From contig NZ_CP076228.1 of NCBI RefSeq assembly GCF_021378375.1, forward strand, positions 870,001 to 902,000: a stretch of 32,000 bases of DNA, given 5' to 3'. How positions within the stretch are numbered: position 1 is the first letter of the stretch; each line of letters opens with the position of its first letter. A program made the position numbers and the translations under genes. Shown in pieces: positions 17,382 through 26,311 of this stretch. The notes under the pieces are model-generated. The model had not been told where the DNA came from. It ran no database searches and saw nothing but the letters and a program-made list of their open reading frames with translations. This DNA is from Wolbachia endosymbiont of Drosophila innubila. GTDB lineage: Bacteria; Pseudomonadota; Alphaproteobacteria; Rickettsiales; Anaplasmataceae.

Positions 17382-18539
17382 ATGTCAGAGGTTGCAGGTG
17401 TAGATACAGAAATCAAAAAGCAAAATTCTGTGTGCGAGCAGATGCGTTTTAGCGTGAGCCGCACAAGTCTTTTAAATACATTATCCAGAGTAAGTAGAGT
17501 GGTTGAAAGGCGTAATGCAATAGATGTTTTGGCGTGTATAAATATCAAAGCACAACACGGCAGCATAAAATTAATGGCAACTGATCTTGACATTTCAATG
17601 TTTGCCTCACTTGCTGCAACCGTATTAACAGAAGGAGAAGTAAAAATTTCAGCGCATACTTTACATGACATAGTGAAGAAGTTACCCGCTGATTTGGATG
17701 TCAATTTTGAAGTAAACAACCAAGGAAAATTATTGATGTCTTGCGGAAATGCAAACTTTTCTTTACCGAATGTAGTTTCAAGCAGCTTTCCTGCTCTTGA
17801 AGAAGACAATTATAAACATGATTTTACTCTACTAAATACAGACCTGATAGACTTATTAACTAAAACAAAATTTGCTGTATCACTAGATGATACAAGGTAT
17901 AATTTAAATGGAATATATCTACATACAGATGAGCAATTTCTGTACTGCGTTGCAACTGATGGCCATCGTTTATCATGTATAAAGAGGCCAAAGCCTGGGA
18001 ACATCAATGGCGAATTTGGTGTGATCATTCCACGTAAAACTGTTATGGAGCTGTTAAAAATATTGGACGATTGTAATGAAATTAAAGTAAAACTCTCAGA
18101 CAGAAAAATCAAGTTTACATGCGGTGAATATATTCTAATATCAAAATTAATAGATGGAACTTTTCCAAATTATAAAGCAGTTATTCCAGCATCTCAAGAT
18201 AAGCATATGATTATTGAAAGTAAAAAACTTTCAGACGTTATAGATCGAGTTTCCGTTGTTGTATCTGATAAAGTAAAATCTATTAAATTCTCACTACAAG
18301 AAAAGCTGCTAACTCTGCATTCAAACTCCCAAGAGTGCAGTGATGCAACTGAATCCATAGAAGTGGACTACAATGAAGCCCCTATAGAAATAGGGTTCAA
18401 CTCGCGTTATTTACTTGATGTTCTATCCTGCATAAAAAATAAATGTAAGTTTAGCTTAGCCGATGGTAATAGTGCTATAATTATCACTGATGAAGACGAT
18501 TCAAGTGCATTATATGTAGTAATGCCAATGAGAACTTAA
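17382..18539 (+). CDS. dnaN: DNA polymerase III beta subunit (sliding clamp)
   Basis: MRFSVSRTSLLNTLSRVSRVVERRN.., LMATDLDIS, ATDGHRLS, LIDGTFPNYKAVIP, GFNSRYLLDVL. The real start may be the internal ATG at 17442 (MRFSV...). Confidence 0.93.
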   Translation: MSEVAGVDTEIKKQNSVCEQMRFSVSRTSLLNTLSRVSRVVERRNAIDVLACINIKAQHGSIKLMATDLDISMFASLAATVLTEGEVKISAHTLHDIVKKLPADLDVNFEVNNQGKLLMSCGNANFSLPNVVSSSFPALEEDNYKHDFTLLNTDLIDLLTKTKFAVSLDDTRYNLNGIYLHTDEQFLYCVATDGHRLSCIKRPKPGNINGEFGVIIPRKTVMELLKILDDCNEIKVKLSDRKIKFTCGEYILISKLIDGTFPNYKAVIPASQDKHMIIESKKLSDVIDRVSVVVSDKVKSIKFSLQEKLLTLHSNSQECSDATESIEVDYNEAPIEIGFNSRYLLDVLSCIKNKCKFSLADGNSAIIITDEDDSSALYVVMPMRT

Positions 18540-18542
18540 ACT

Positions 18543-18593
18543 CGTCATCTCGCTGCTTGTTAGCGGAATCTGGAGATACCGTGGCGGTATGGC
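18543..18593. repeat. Copy of the 60-nt double-hairpin module between convergent dnaN and truA
   Basis: CGTCATCTCGCTGCTTGTTAGCGGAATCTGGAGATACCGTGGCGGTATGGCAC, a variant of 27541..27600. It starts 4 nt after the dnaN stop. Confidence 0.75.
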
Positions 18594-18618
18594 ACTTATT
18601 TCACTAGCTTTTATTAAA

Positions 18619-19356
18619 TTAGTAATCTATCTTTACCAAATATAAGCCAAAAGGTGGTGCAGTAACTCCAGCGGCACTTCTTTTGCATTGGTTTAATATA
18701 TTTAGCATTTCTTGCGGATTGGTTCTATTTTTTCCAAATTCAACTAAAGTACCCACAATAATCCTCACTTGGTTATGTAAAAAGGAAATAGCAGATATTT
18801 TGATGTGTATATGATTCCCATTTTGTATTATATCGATATCATCAATTGTTCTTATCGGATTTGCGGCTTGACAATCTTTTGAACGGAAACTTGAAAGGTC
18901 ATGTTTTCCAAGTAGATGTTTAGCAGCTTCACGCATAATATTTACATCAAGTGGGCTAAACACTTGCCATACATAACCCGTCTCCAGAGCGGCAGGAGCA
19001 TAGCGATTAACTATTCTATATTCGTAATATCTTTTTTTTGCTGAAAACCGTGCGTGAAAAGCATCATCTACAACTTCTGCATTAAGCACGACTATAGGAA
19101 TTGATTTTAAATGATAGTTTATTGCATTCCTTATTCTATAAAGCTCAAATTCCTTTTCCATATCAAAATGAGCAACTTGTCCTAAAGCATGAACTCCTGC
19201 ATCAGTCCTGCCACCACAGTACAAAGTAACTTTCTCACCACTAAAATTAAATATAGCATTTTCTATCTTCTCCTGGATTGAGTTAGCAGAGTGTTGCTGT
19301 TTTTGCCAACCAGAGAAATTACTACCATTATATTCTACCGTTATTTTGTATCGCAC
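18619..19356 (-). CDS. truA: tRNA pseudouridine(38-40) synthase
   Basis: MRYKITVEYNGSNFSGWQKQ and GGRTDAGVHALGQVAHF (catalytic Asp), 245 aa. Confidence 0.93.
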   Translation of the reverse strand: MRYKITVEYNGSNFSGWQKQQHSANSIQEKIENAIFNFSGEKVTLYCGGRTDAGVHALGQVAHFDMEKEFELYRIRNAINYHLKSIPIVVLNAEVVDDAFHARFSAKKRYYEYRIVNRYAPAALETGYVWQVFSPLDVNIMREAAKHLLGKHDLSSFRSKDCQAANPIRTIDDIDIIQNGNHIHIKISAISFLHNQVRIIVGTLVEFGKNRTNPQEMLNILNQCKRSAAGVTAPPFGLYLVKIDY

Positions 19357-19397
19357 TGCATTATATCAAGCTCTATCTAAAATAGTCATTTTCTATC

Positions 19398-19661
19398 TTA
19401 ACATAATTTATGGTCAAGCCTACAGTGCTGCCACTCCCATAAAGTAGTTCGTCCAATCTTAAATCTTGCTGCCACTGCTTCTCTGCTTTCTTCTTCGTCT
19501 AGCGCCTCCATTGCTTTTTTTCTTAAATCATAACTATATGCTGCTGGCATTCAACCTCCTTATCATTATCTATCCTTATCACATCCGGACTTCTATGAAA
19601 AGAGCTATAAATCGTGAAAAAGAACTGCTCATTAAGTGCTGTTTGCTTAATAAATTTACTG
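19398..19661 (-). mobile_element. IS630-family insertion sequence remnant (5' end plus first ~40 transposase codons)
   Basis: Hand-found 50-codon ORF 19550..19398 preceded by AAGGAGG: MPAAYSYDLRKKAMEALDEEESREAVAARFKIGRTTLWEWQ..., the characteristic IS630/Tc1 transposase N-terminal HTH. It is truncated after ~40 residues. The possible element end CAGTAAATTT at 19661 is a guess. Confidence 0.55.
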
Positions 19662-19673
19662 ACATTGGTATGG

Positions 19674-19806
19674 CTAAATTCGAAATGGCTACATGAATTT
19701 ATCGTAAATTATTACCGTATAAGGTACGATGCGACAAAGCCATCCCAGTGTCAGCTACTCGGATGACACCGTCATAAAGGAACCAGTGTTAGCTACTTGG
19801 ATGACA
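19674..19806. repeat. Partial copy of the 5089..5323 element
   Basis: 19674..19769 matches 5155..5250 with about 8 mismatches by eye (CTAAATTCGAAATGGCTACATGAATTTAT..CCGTATAAGGT.CGATGC.ACAAAGCCAT.CCAGTGTCAGCTACT..GATGACACC). It is followed by CAGTGTTAGCTACTTGGATGAC. Confidence 0.8.
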
Positions 19807-19834
19807 ACCATTGTGCTTGAGGCAAAATTGACTA

Positions 19835-20593
19835 TCACTTCTTTTTATAGAGCTTGCTCCAAACTTTGTTGTTAGTTAATACAAAAAACACTGTTAAAAT
19901 TATAAAATACGCCACTACTTTTAATCCAAGTTTATGCCGGCGCTCTAATTCTGGCTCTGCTGCCCATTGTAAAAAATTTATCACATCATACGCCATATTT
20001 TCAACTGTGGCTTGCCTTGCACCATCATATTCCACCATTCCTTCAGAAAGTGGTGGCGCCATAGCTAATCTGCCTGTTGGAAAATACGAATTAAAATATA
20101 AATCATTTTCATCGTGTTCGCCGTTTTGATAGCCTGTTAACAATGAATAGACATAATTTGCACCATCATGCCTTGCTTTAATAATTAATGATAAGTCTGG
20201 TGGGACTGCACCATTGTTGCTTGCTGCAGCTGCTTCTTTTGTATCAAAAGGCGCAATAAAATAATCCGAAGGTACTCCAGGTCTGTCAAACATTTCACCC
20301 AAATCATTCGGACCATCTTTAACTTGATAAGAAGCTGCTATTTGTTTTACATCTTCTTCAGAAAAACCGACATCTTGCAAATTACGAAATGCTACCCTAT
20401 TCATTGAATGACAAGCAGCACAGACTTCTTTATACACTTTATAGCCACGCTGAATTGACTCTCTATCGAAAGATCCGACAATTCCATCAAATTTCCAGTC
20501 TATTTTCTTATTTGGTGATGATTTAAATTCTTCTGCAGATATAAGACTAGATAGAAATAACATGCAGAAGATTGCAAATACATTAGATCCCAT
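19835..20593 (-). CDS. petC: Cytochrome c1 (ubiquinol-cytochrome c reductase subunit)
   Basis: Heme site CAACHS and a C-terminal membrane anchor ([14 protein letters not shown]). The start is placed at ATG 20593 ([20 protein letters not shown], signal-peptide-like). ATG 20632 is an alternative, and the track ORF extends in frame to 20965 through repeat DNA. Confidence 0.85.
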   Translation of the reverse strand: MGSNVFAIFCMLFLSSLISAEEFKSSPNKKIDWKFDGIVGSFDRESIQRGYKVYKEVCAACHSMNRVAFRNLQDVGFSEEDVKQIAASYQVKDGPNDLGEMFDRPGVPSDYFIAPFDTKEAAAASNNGAVPPDLSLIIKARHDGANYVYSLLTGYQNGEHDENDLYFNSYFPTGRLAMAPPLSEGMVEYDGARQATVENMAYDVINFLQWAAEPELERRHKLGLKVVAYFIILTVFFVLTNNKVWSKLYKKK

Positions 20594-20624
20594 GCATAAC
20601 CACTGTTTTAGTAAATTTCGAATT

Positions 20625-20930
20625 GATGTCATGCAAGTAGCTGACACTGGAATCCAGCTTATTTCATCACTGACATTATGGTTATCATGCACTCCTAGAA
20701 TCTGTTGTCCATTGCATGATTTGTAAGTATTTTTATACCTGGATCCCAGTGTCAAGCACTGGGATGACAACGGAAGATAGTGGAATGACACTGTGTGTTG
20801 TATACAACGTTCATACAATTGTGTACATGATGCTGGAATCCATTTATTTTTTTTCTGGATCCCAGTGTCAAGCACTGGGATGACAAAAGAGGGCTCTGGG
20901 ATGACAGAAGAGAGCTCTGGGATGAAAGAG
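20625..20930. repeat. Repeat-module cluster filling the petB-petC spacer
   Basis: GTCATGCAAGTAGCTGACACTGGAATCCAG (20628..), GGATCCCAGTGTCAAGCACTGGGATGAC twice (20751.., 20857..), TGTATACAACGTTCATACAATTGTGTACA, a T8 run, and a 21-bp tandem CTGGGATGACAnAAGAGnGCT x2.7 (20875..20930). Confidence 0.85.
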
Positions 20931-20961
20931 AATTTTGTAAGAGATCTGCTTTGAATTGACA

Positions 20962-22191
20962 TCACCTCATCTCCGGCACAGAATCACTTAAGGTTTTTGG
21001 TGGTTCTTTTGGCTTTTCATACTTACTAAGCAGTGGTAAAACTATCACAAAGTATGCAAAGTAATAAAGAGTAGATAGCCTACTCATAGTGATGTAAGGC
21101 TCTTTTACCTCTTGTCCTCCAAGCCAGGCAAGAAGTACAAAATTTATTGCAAAAACCCAAAAAAATTTCTTAAACACCGGGCGATAAGCACCACTTTTAA
21201 CTTTTGATTTATCAAGCCAAGGTAACAAAAACCACACTAAAATAGACGCAAACATGGTAAGCACACCAGTAAGTTTATCTGGAATTGAACGTAGCATTGC
21301 ATAAAAAGGTAAAAAATACCACTCTGGCACTATATGTACCGGAGTGACCATAGAATCAGCTTCTATATAATTGTCTGGATGCCCAAGATAATTGGGAGCA
21401 TAGAAAACAAATGCGAACAAAACTACAAAAAACAGACCAAAAGTTATGCAATCCTTGACTATATAATAAGGATAGAGAGGGATGGTATCCTTATCTGATT
21501 TTACCTCCACTCCACTTGGGTTACCAGAGCCAAACCTATGCAGAGCTATCACATGAAGCATAGCTAAAGCAATAATAACAAAAGGCAGAAGATAATGCAG
21601 AGCGAAAAAACGGTTAAGTGTTGGGTTATCCACTGAAAAACCACCCCATAACCATATAACTATTTTATTGCCAATTAAAGGTATAGCAGAAAATAAGTTG
21701 GTTATAACTGTTGCACCCCAGAAACTCATTTGTCCCCAAGGCAATACATATCCCATAAAGGCAGTTGCCATCATTGCAAAAAATATAAATATTCCAATAA
21801 ACCACACCATCTCTCTCGGTCTTTTATAAGATCCGTAATATAATCCACGCATTATATGAACATAGACTACCATAAAGAAAAGCGATGCTCCAACAGCGTG
21901 AGTGTAGCGTATTAACCACCCGTAATTCACATCTCGCATTATGCGCTCTACACTATTAAACGCATAATCAACATGCGGAGTGTAGTGCATAGCAAGAAAT
22001 ATACCTGTTATTATTTGTAAAATCAGCGCTATACCAGCCAAAGAGCCAAAGTTCCAAGCATAATTTAAGTTTTTTGGCACTTGGTAAGAAGCAGTGTGTC
22101 TTAGAAAAGAAAATATAGGCAATCTATATTCTATCCATCCTAATATGCCTTTTTCTTCTTTTATTGTTTCTTTTTTGTTATCTTCCTGCAT
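20962..22191 (-). CDS. petB: Cytochrome b
   Basis: 409 aa: [33 protein letters not shown]; classical cytochrome b of the bc1 complex. Confidence 0.95.
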   Translation of the reverse strand: MQEDNKKETIKEEKGILGWIEYRLPIFSFLRHTASYQVPKNLNYAWNFGSLAGIALILQIITGIFLAMHYTPHVDYAFNSVERIMRDVNYGWLIRYTHAVGASLFFMVVYVHIMRGLYYGSYKRPREMVWFIGIFIFFAMMATAFMGYVLPWGQMSFWGATVITNLFSAIPLIGNKIVIWLWGGFSVDNPTLNRFFALHYLLPFVIIALAMLHVIALHRFGSGNPSGVEVKSDKDTIPLYPYYIVKDCITFGLFFVVLFAFVFYAPNYLGHPDNYIEADSMVTPVHIVPEWYFLPFYAMLRSIPDKLTGVLTMFASILVWFLLPWLDKSKVKSGAYRPVFKKFFWVFAINFVLLAWLGGQEVKEPYITMSRLSTLYYFAYFVIVLPLLSKYEKPKEPPKTLSDSVPEMR

Positions 22192-22295
22192 AACTTAAAC
22201 CTTTCTGAACACATGTCCATTGCTACTTTTATCTTATTTTTTTATTGTAGCAACTTATCCTTTACGCACAAATAAAAACTTTAAAGCAATATTAA

Positions 22296-22466
22296 TTACC
22301 TCTTCAGCAACCTGTCACGTGCTGCGTTTAATTTTTGTGCAAAATATTCCGAGCCTCCTTTATCTGGGTGAACTAATTTCATTAAATTTTGATATGCTTT
22401 ATTGATTTCATTTTGGTTCGCTCCAGAATCTATTCCTAGCACTTTAAATGCTCCATCTCTGAACAT
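22296..22466 (-). CDS. Stand-alone J-domain ORF (56 aa), truncated paralog of 24084..24443; possibly a pseudogene
   Basis: Hand-found because it is below the track cutoff: MFRDGAFKVLGIDSGANQNEINKAYQNLMKLVHPDKGGSEYFAQKLNAARDRLLKR*. In-frame stops lie just upstream and there is no TM segment. 22339..22415 differs at 1 of 77 nt from 24127..24203. Confidence 0.5.
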   Translation of the reverse strand: MFRDGAFKVLGIDSGANQNEINKAYQNLMKLVHPDKGGSEYFAQKLNAARDRLLKR

Positions 22467-22486
22467 GTTACTACTACCAGACTAGT

Positions 22487-24064
22487 ATGATTTTGTCTTG
22501 TAAATTTATTCAACAACCCTATTCTAACTATATAATGAAAAATTATCTACAAAGTGTTTATGAAGATGGTATGAAAATCCAACTATCTAAAGTCAACAAA
22601 TATTTATTAGTTTTACTGATTACTGTCTCAGCATTTCTCATATCTGGGCAAGTATCCAGTTCAAGCAATATCGAGAATGATTTTCAAGATTTACAAGAAA
22701 AATTACCATTATTGAAAGATCAGGATTTGTTATTTTTAGATCCAGCTTCAGCTTTAAATTATGGTGATAGGGCAGGTAAAAAAGTGTTAATGGTTATAGT
22801 TCACCATACTGAAACATCAACACTAAAAGGTACAAAAGATACGCTGAATGCTAGAGGATTGTCAGTTCATTTTATTGTCGATAGGGATGGCAGCATCACC
22901 TTAATGGTTCCATTAGAGAAAGAAGCATGGCATGCTGGTATTAGTTATGCAAGAGTTAAGGTAGATAGTAAGCTTGAAGAGTTACGGAAGCTTAACAACT
23001 ATTCTGTAGGTATTGAAATTGTAAACACAGGACTTGAGCCTTTTCCGGAAGAGCAAATGAGATCTGTTAAAGAGCTGATTTTATACCTTATGGAGCGTTT
23101 TAAAATTAAAAGGGATATGATATTTAGTCATTCTGAAATAGGAACTATAGTGTATGATCCAGAGCTTGGCTATACAATGCGTAAACCAGATCCACACAAA
23201 TTGTTTGATTGGGAGTTATTAGAGAAAAATGAAATTGGATTGCACATAAGTGACAGAATAAACCCTAAAGATGCTAAACACAAAATGGGCAAAACATTGT
23301 ATAAAGCAGGTGATAGAAATGAAGGTATTTTGAAATTAAAACAAAGGCTGAACAGATTTTTCTATAAGATAGAACCTTGGAATGATAAGAAAGGTAATGT
23401 AATTTTTCCTGATAATAATGCTGATTACTCAGATGAGTTTGATGAGAATTTTGTATGGGTTATTTATCAGTTTTCAATACATAATTTACCAAGAGAAATT
23501 AGAAAAGATCTACCTCTTAAACTAGAACAAGCAGATATATTTCCTGAATTCTTTAGTGAATATAGTCATGGCATTTCTTCTAGTTATCTAACCTTTAGTG
23601 AAAAAATTAAATCGACTCTACAACCATGTTTAAGCAAAGTAGATTATGAGAATTTATTATCTTCTCTTGCACAATATGAGAATAACATTTCTCCTGATGC
23701 ATCTACCACTTTAATGTACAAAATTAAGTTATACTATGATTCTTATTTAAGATATCGCATATGGTCTTCACTCTATAAACCATTTAAGCTTAATGTATTG
23801 GAAGAGTTAGAGATTTTAAAGAGTGGAGTGTTATCTTTAAAATCACTAGATAGCTCTAAAGCTGCAGAAGTTTCCAGTTTAATTGATAGCTTTAAAGTAG
23901 ATATTTCTTTAGAATTTCAGGGTTTTGAAAAACAGTGGTTTCAGGAGTTTAAGAATGCTTGGAGACAAGAATTTATACCTTCCCTGGAAGAACAGATAAC
24001 ATGGACTGCACTACATGAAGCAATATTGGAGTATTTAGAAAAAGCAAAGGAAGAAATTCGTTAA
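22487..24064 (+). CDS. amiD: N-acetylmuramoyl-L-alanine amidase (Amidase_2/PGRP fold, AmiD-type) with long C-terminal extension
   Basis: TM/signal segment KYLLVLLITVSAFLISG. Amidase_2 blocks are VIVHHTE, GLSVHFIVDRDG, EAWHAG, NYSVGIEIVN, IFSHSEIG and RKPDPHKLFDW. An AmiD-type amidase has been characterised in Wolbachia of D. melanogaster. The start is ambiguous (22487, 22535 or 22571). Confidence 0.85.
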   Translation: MILSCKFIQQPYSNYIMKNYLQSVYEDGMKIQLSKVNKYLLVLLITVSAFLISGQVSSSSNIENDFQDLQEKLPLLKDQDLLFLDPASALNYGDRAGKKVLMVIVHHTETSTLKGTKDTLNARGLSVHFIVDRDGSITLMVPLEKEAWHAGISYARVKVDSKLEELRKLNNYSVGIEIVNTGLEPFPEEQMRSVKELILYLMERFKIKRDMIFSHSEIGTIVYDPELGYTMRKPDPHKLFDWELLEKNEIGLHISDRINPKDAKHKMGKTLYKAGDRNEGILKLKQRLNRFFYKIEPWNDKKGNVIFPDNNADYSDEFDENFVWVIYQFSIHNLPREIRKDLPLKLEQADIFPEFFSEYSHGISSSYLTFSEKIKSTLQPCLSKVDYENLLSSLAQYENNISPDASTTLMYKIKLYYDSYLRYRIWSSLYKPFKLNVLEELEILKSGVLSLKSLDSSKAAEVSSLIDSFKVDISLEFQGFEKQWFQEFKNAWRQEFIPSLEEQITWTALHEAILEYLEKAKEEIR

Positions 24065-24083
24065 ACGAAAACTTTTTTTAAGA

Positions 24084-24443
24084 TCACTTTTTTAACAATT
24101 TATCACGTGCCGCATTTAGCTTTTGCGCAAAATATTCCGAGCCTCCCTTATCTGGGTGAACTAATTTCATTAAATTTTGATATGCTTTATTGATTTCATT
24201 TTGACTTGCCTCAGGATTCAGCCCCAGTATCTTTAATGCTTCATCCTTGGACATGTTATCACCAGTGTAATTTTCAGTATAACTTCTACTGCTACTAAAT
24301 TCGTTCAAAAACTTACTCAATATAGAGTTCATCATGAAACTCATATTATTTTTTTTTGTCAGGAAAAGAAAAAATATAACAACGCTAGGCAAGACAAATG
24401 TAATTACTATGAATACTAAAAAAAGAAAAAAGATGAATGACAT
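24084..24443 (-). CDS. Membrane-anchored J-protein, Pam18/Tim14 (DNAJC19)-like
   Basis: N-terminal TM (IFFLFLVFIVITFVLPSVVIFFLFL) plus a C-terminal J domain MSKDEALKILGLNPEASQNEINKAYQNLMKLVHPDKGGSEYFAQKLNAARDKLLKK. By eye it is very close to human DNAJC19 ([54 protein letters not shown]). Confidence 0.8.
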   Translation of the reverse strand: MSFIFFLFLVFIVITFVLPSVVIFFLFLTKKNNMSFMMNSILSKFLNEFSSSRSYTENYTGDNMSKDEALKILGLNPEASQNEINKAYQNLMKLVHPDKGGSEYFAQKLNAARDKLLKK

Positions 24444-24492
24444 GTATATTTTTTTATCATTTTATGATTAAATAGTAACAATTATAATTGTC

Positions 24493-25068
24493 ATGGTAAA
24501 TAACATGTTCATCCAGATTGAAGAAACACCAAACCCAAATACGCTAAAATTCCTTCCTGGATTTGAAATTTTAAACGAAGGAGAAACTGCTGATTTTTCA
24601 AATGCGAATGAGATAAAAAATTCTAAACTAGCAGCAAATCTTTTTCAAATAGAGCATGTGGTAAGAGTATTTTTCGGTCATGATTTTATTTCAGTAACAA
24701 AATTGGATGGAATTAATTGGGATATATTAAAAGTAGAAGTTTTAACTACAATCATGAATCACTTTACTTCTGGTGGAAAAGCACTAGATAAAGAAGAAGT
24801 GAATGATCCAGATGAAGAATTTTTTGATAAAAATGATATAGAAATTGTAAATAGAATAAAAGAATTGATGGAAAGTCATATCAAACCTGCAGTTGCTCAA
24901 GATGGTGGCGATATCAAATTTCGTGGCTATAAAGATGGAATAGTTTATGTTGAGTTGCAAGGAGCTTGCTCTGGATGCCCAAGTGCTGCAATTACTTTAA
25001 AGCAAGGAGTGCAAAATATGCTGAGCTACCACATACCAGAGATTGCAGGTATAGAGACCACACTATGA
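24493..25068 (+). CDS. NifU/Nfu-type Fe-S cluster assembly scaffold protein
   Basis: Nfu_N block [19 protein letters not shown] and a C-terminal NifU domain with CSGCPSA. The likely true start is ATG 24505. Confidence 0.88.
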   Translation: MVNNMFIQIEETPNPNTLKFLPGFEILNEGETADFSNANEIKNSKLAANLFQIEHVVRVFFGHDFISVTKLDGINWDILKVEVLTTIMNHFTSGGKALDKEEVNDPDEEFFDKNDIEIVNRIKELMESHIKPAVAQDGGDIKFRGYKDGIVYVELQGACSGCPSAAITLKQGVQNMLSYHIPEIAGIETTL

Positions 25069-26291
25069 CTAATCAAACGGTTAGAGGAACAAAAGATCTC
25101 CTGTTTGATGAATGGTACAAGTTTAAATACATAGAGCAAACAGCAAACAGAATCTCAAGTTTATACGGCTTTTTGCCCGCCCAAACTCCAATATTTGAGT
25201 GCACGGAGGTTTTTACAAAAACCTTAGGTGATAGCTCAGACATCATCACTAAAGAGATGTATAGCTTCAATGATAAAGGGGGAAAGAGCATAACTTTACG
25301 TCCTGAGTTCACTGCAGCGATTGTCAGGCTACTCATTGAAAAAAAACTGCAAACACCGATAAAATTATTCTCAACAGGACCTGCATTTCGCTATGAAAGA
25401 CCGCAAAAGGGAAGACAAAGGCAATTTCATCAGATAAATTTTGAGGTTTTTGGCATAGAAGATCCAAAAGCTGATATTGAATTGATATCACTCGCTCAGC
25501 ACTTACTAACTGAATTTGGCATCAATAAAAATGTAAAGCTGGAAATCAACTCTTTAGGTGATGGTGAAACAATAACTAAATATAGAGAAGCTTTGATCTT
25601 ATACTTTACAAAGTATCAAAATGATCTATCAGAAGATAGCAAAAATAGGTTGATCAAAAATCCACTCAGAATACTGGATTCCAAGGATGAGAAAGATAAA
25701 TCAATAATTTCTGATGCGCCTAAAATCAGCAATTATTATACGAAAGAGTCCTCAGATTTCTTTGAACAAATACTAAATGGATTAACAATTCTTGATATAC
25801 CTTATACCGTAAACAATAAACTAGTTCGAGGTTTGGATTATTATTGCCACACAGTGTTTGAGTTTGTTACAGAGGATTTAGGTGCACAAGGGGCAGTTTT
25901 TGCCGGTGGAAGATACGATAATTTAGTATCTTCAGTAGGTGGAAAACACACTCCAGCAATAGGATTTGCAGGGGGTATTGAGCGCATAATGGAGTTAATC
26001 AATTATTCTCCGAAAGAAGAGCGACCTATTTACCTAATTCCAATCGGTAGAGAGGCTGAAAAACATGCTTTAACACTTGCAAATGAATTGCGCAGAAATG
26101 GTTTATATGTAATCTATGAATATAGCGGAACGCTCAGAACCCGAATGAAAAAAGCAAATCAAGCAAATGCTAAAGCTGCTTTAATCTTTGGCGATGAAGA
26201 ATTGAGTAGTAAAACTTTAAAGATTAAAAACATGGATACAGGTGAAGAAAAAATAATTGCTCGCGATAACACAATAGAAAATATCTATTAG
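25065..26291 (+). CDS. hisS: Histidine--tRNA ligase
   Basis: [13 protein letters not shown] start (ATGA overlap with the nfu stop); the track's upstream extension is rejected. Class II motifs are [31 protein letters not shown] and GFAGGIERI. Confidence 0.95.
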   Translation: MTNQTVRGTKDLLFDEWYKFKYIEQTANRISSLYGFLPAQTPIFECTEVFTKTLGDSSDIITKEMYSFNDKGGKSITLRPEFTAAIVRLLIEKKLQTPIKLFSTGPAFRYERPQKGRQRQFHQINFEVFGIEDPKADIELISLAQHLLTEFGINKNVKLEINSLGDGETITKYREALILYFTKYQNDLSEDSKNRLIKNPLRILDSKDEKDKSIISDAPKISNYYTKESSDFFEQILNGLTILDIPYTVNNKLVRGLDYYCHTVFEFVTEDLGAQGAVFAGGRYDNLVSSVGGKHTPAIGFAGGIERIMELINYSPKEERPIYLIPIGREAEKHALTLANELRRNGLYVIYEYSGTLRTRMKKANQANAKAALIFGDEELSSKTLKIKNMDTGEEKIIARDNTIENIY

Positions 26292-26311
26292 GAGCAATGC
26301 AAATGTTTTTC

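Noticed and set aside
17306-18112. 167-aa and 100-aa minus-strand ORFs
   Set aside because: They are antisense shadows within dnaN with no motifs. The same applies to 4555..5025 and 4643..4936 (recA), 1110..1505 and 1998..2219 (AGCS), 2647..2994 (pssA), 28247..28543 and 29063..29557 (ffh), 16782..17117 (IalB-like), 13363..13623 (dnaX), and the other short antisense ORFs in the track.
19466-19696. 76-aa plus-strand ORF
   Set aside because: It is antisense to the IS630 transposase remnant and its leader. The minus-strand reading (MPAAYSYDLRKK...) is the recognisable one.
22220-22405. 61-aa plus-strand ORF upstream of amiD
   Set aside because: It is antisense to the J-domain paralog (22296..22466), whose minus-strand translation has an intact HPD J domain.
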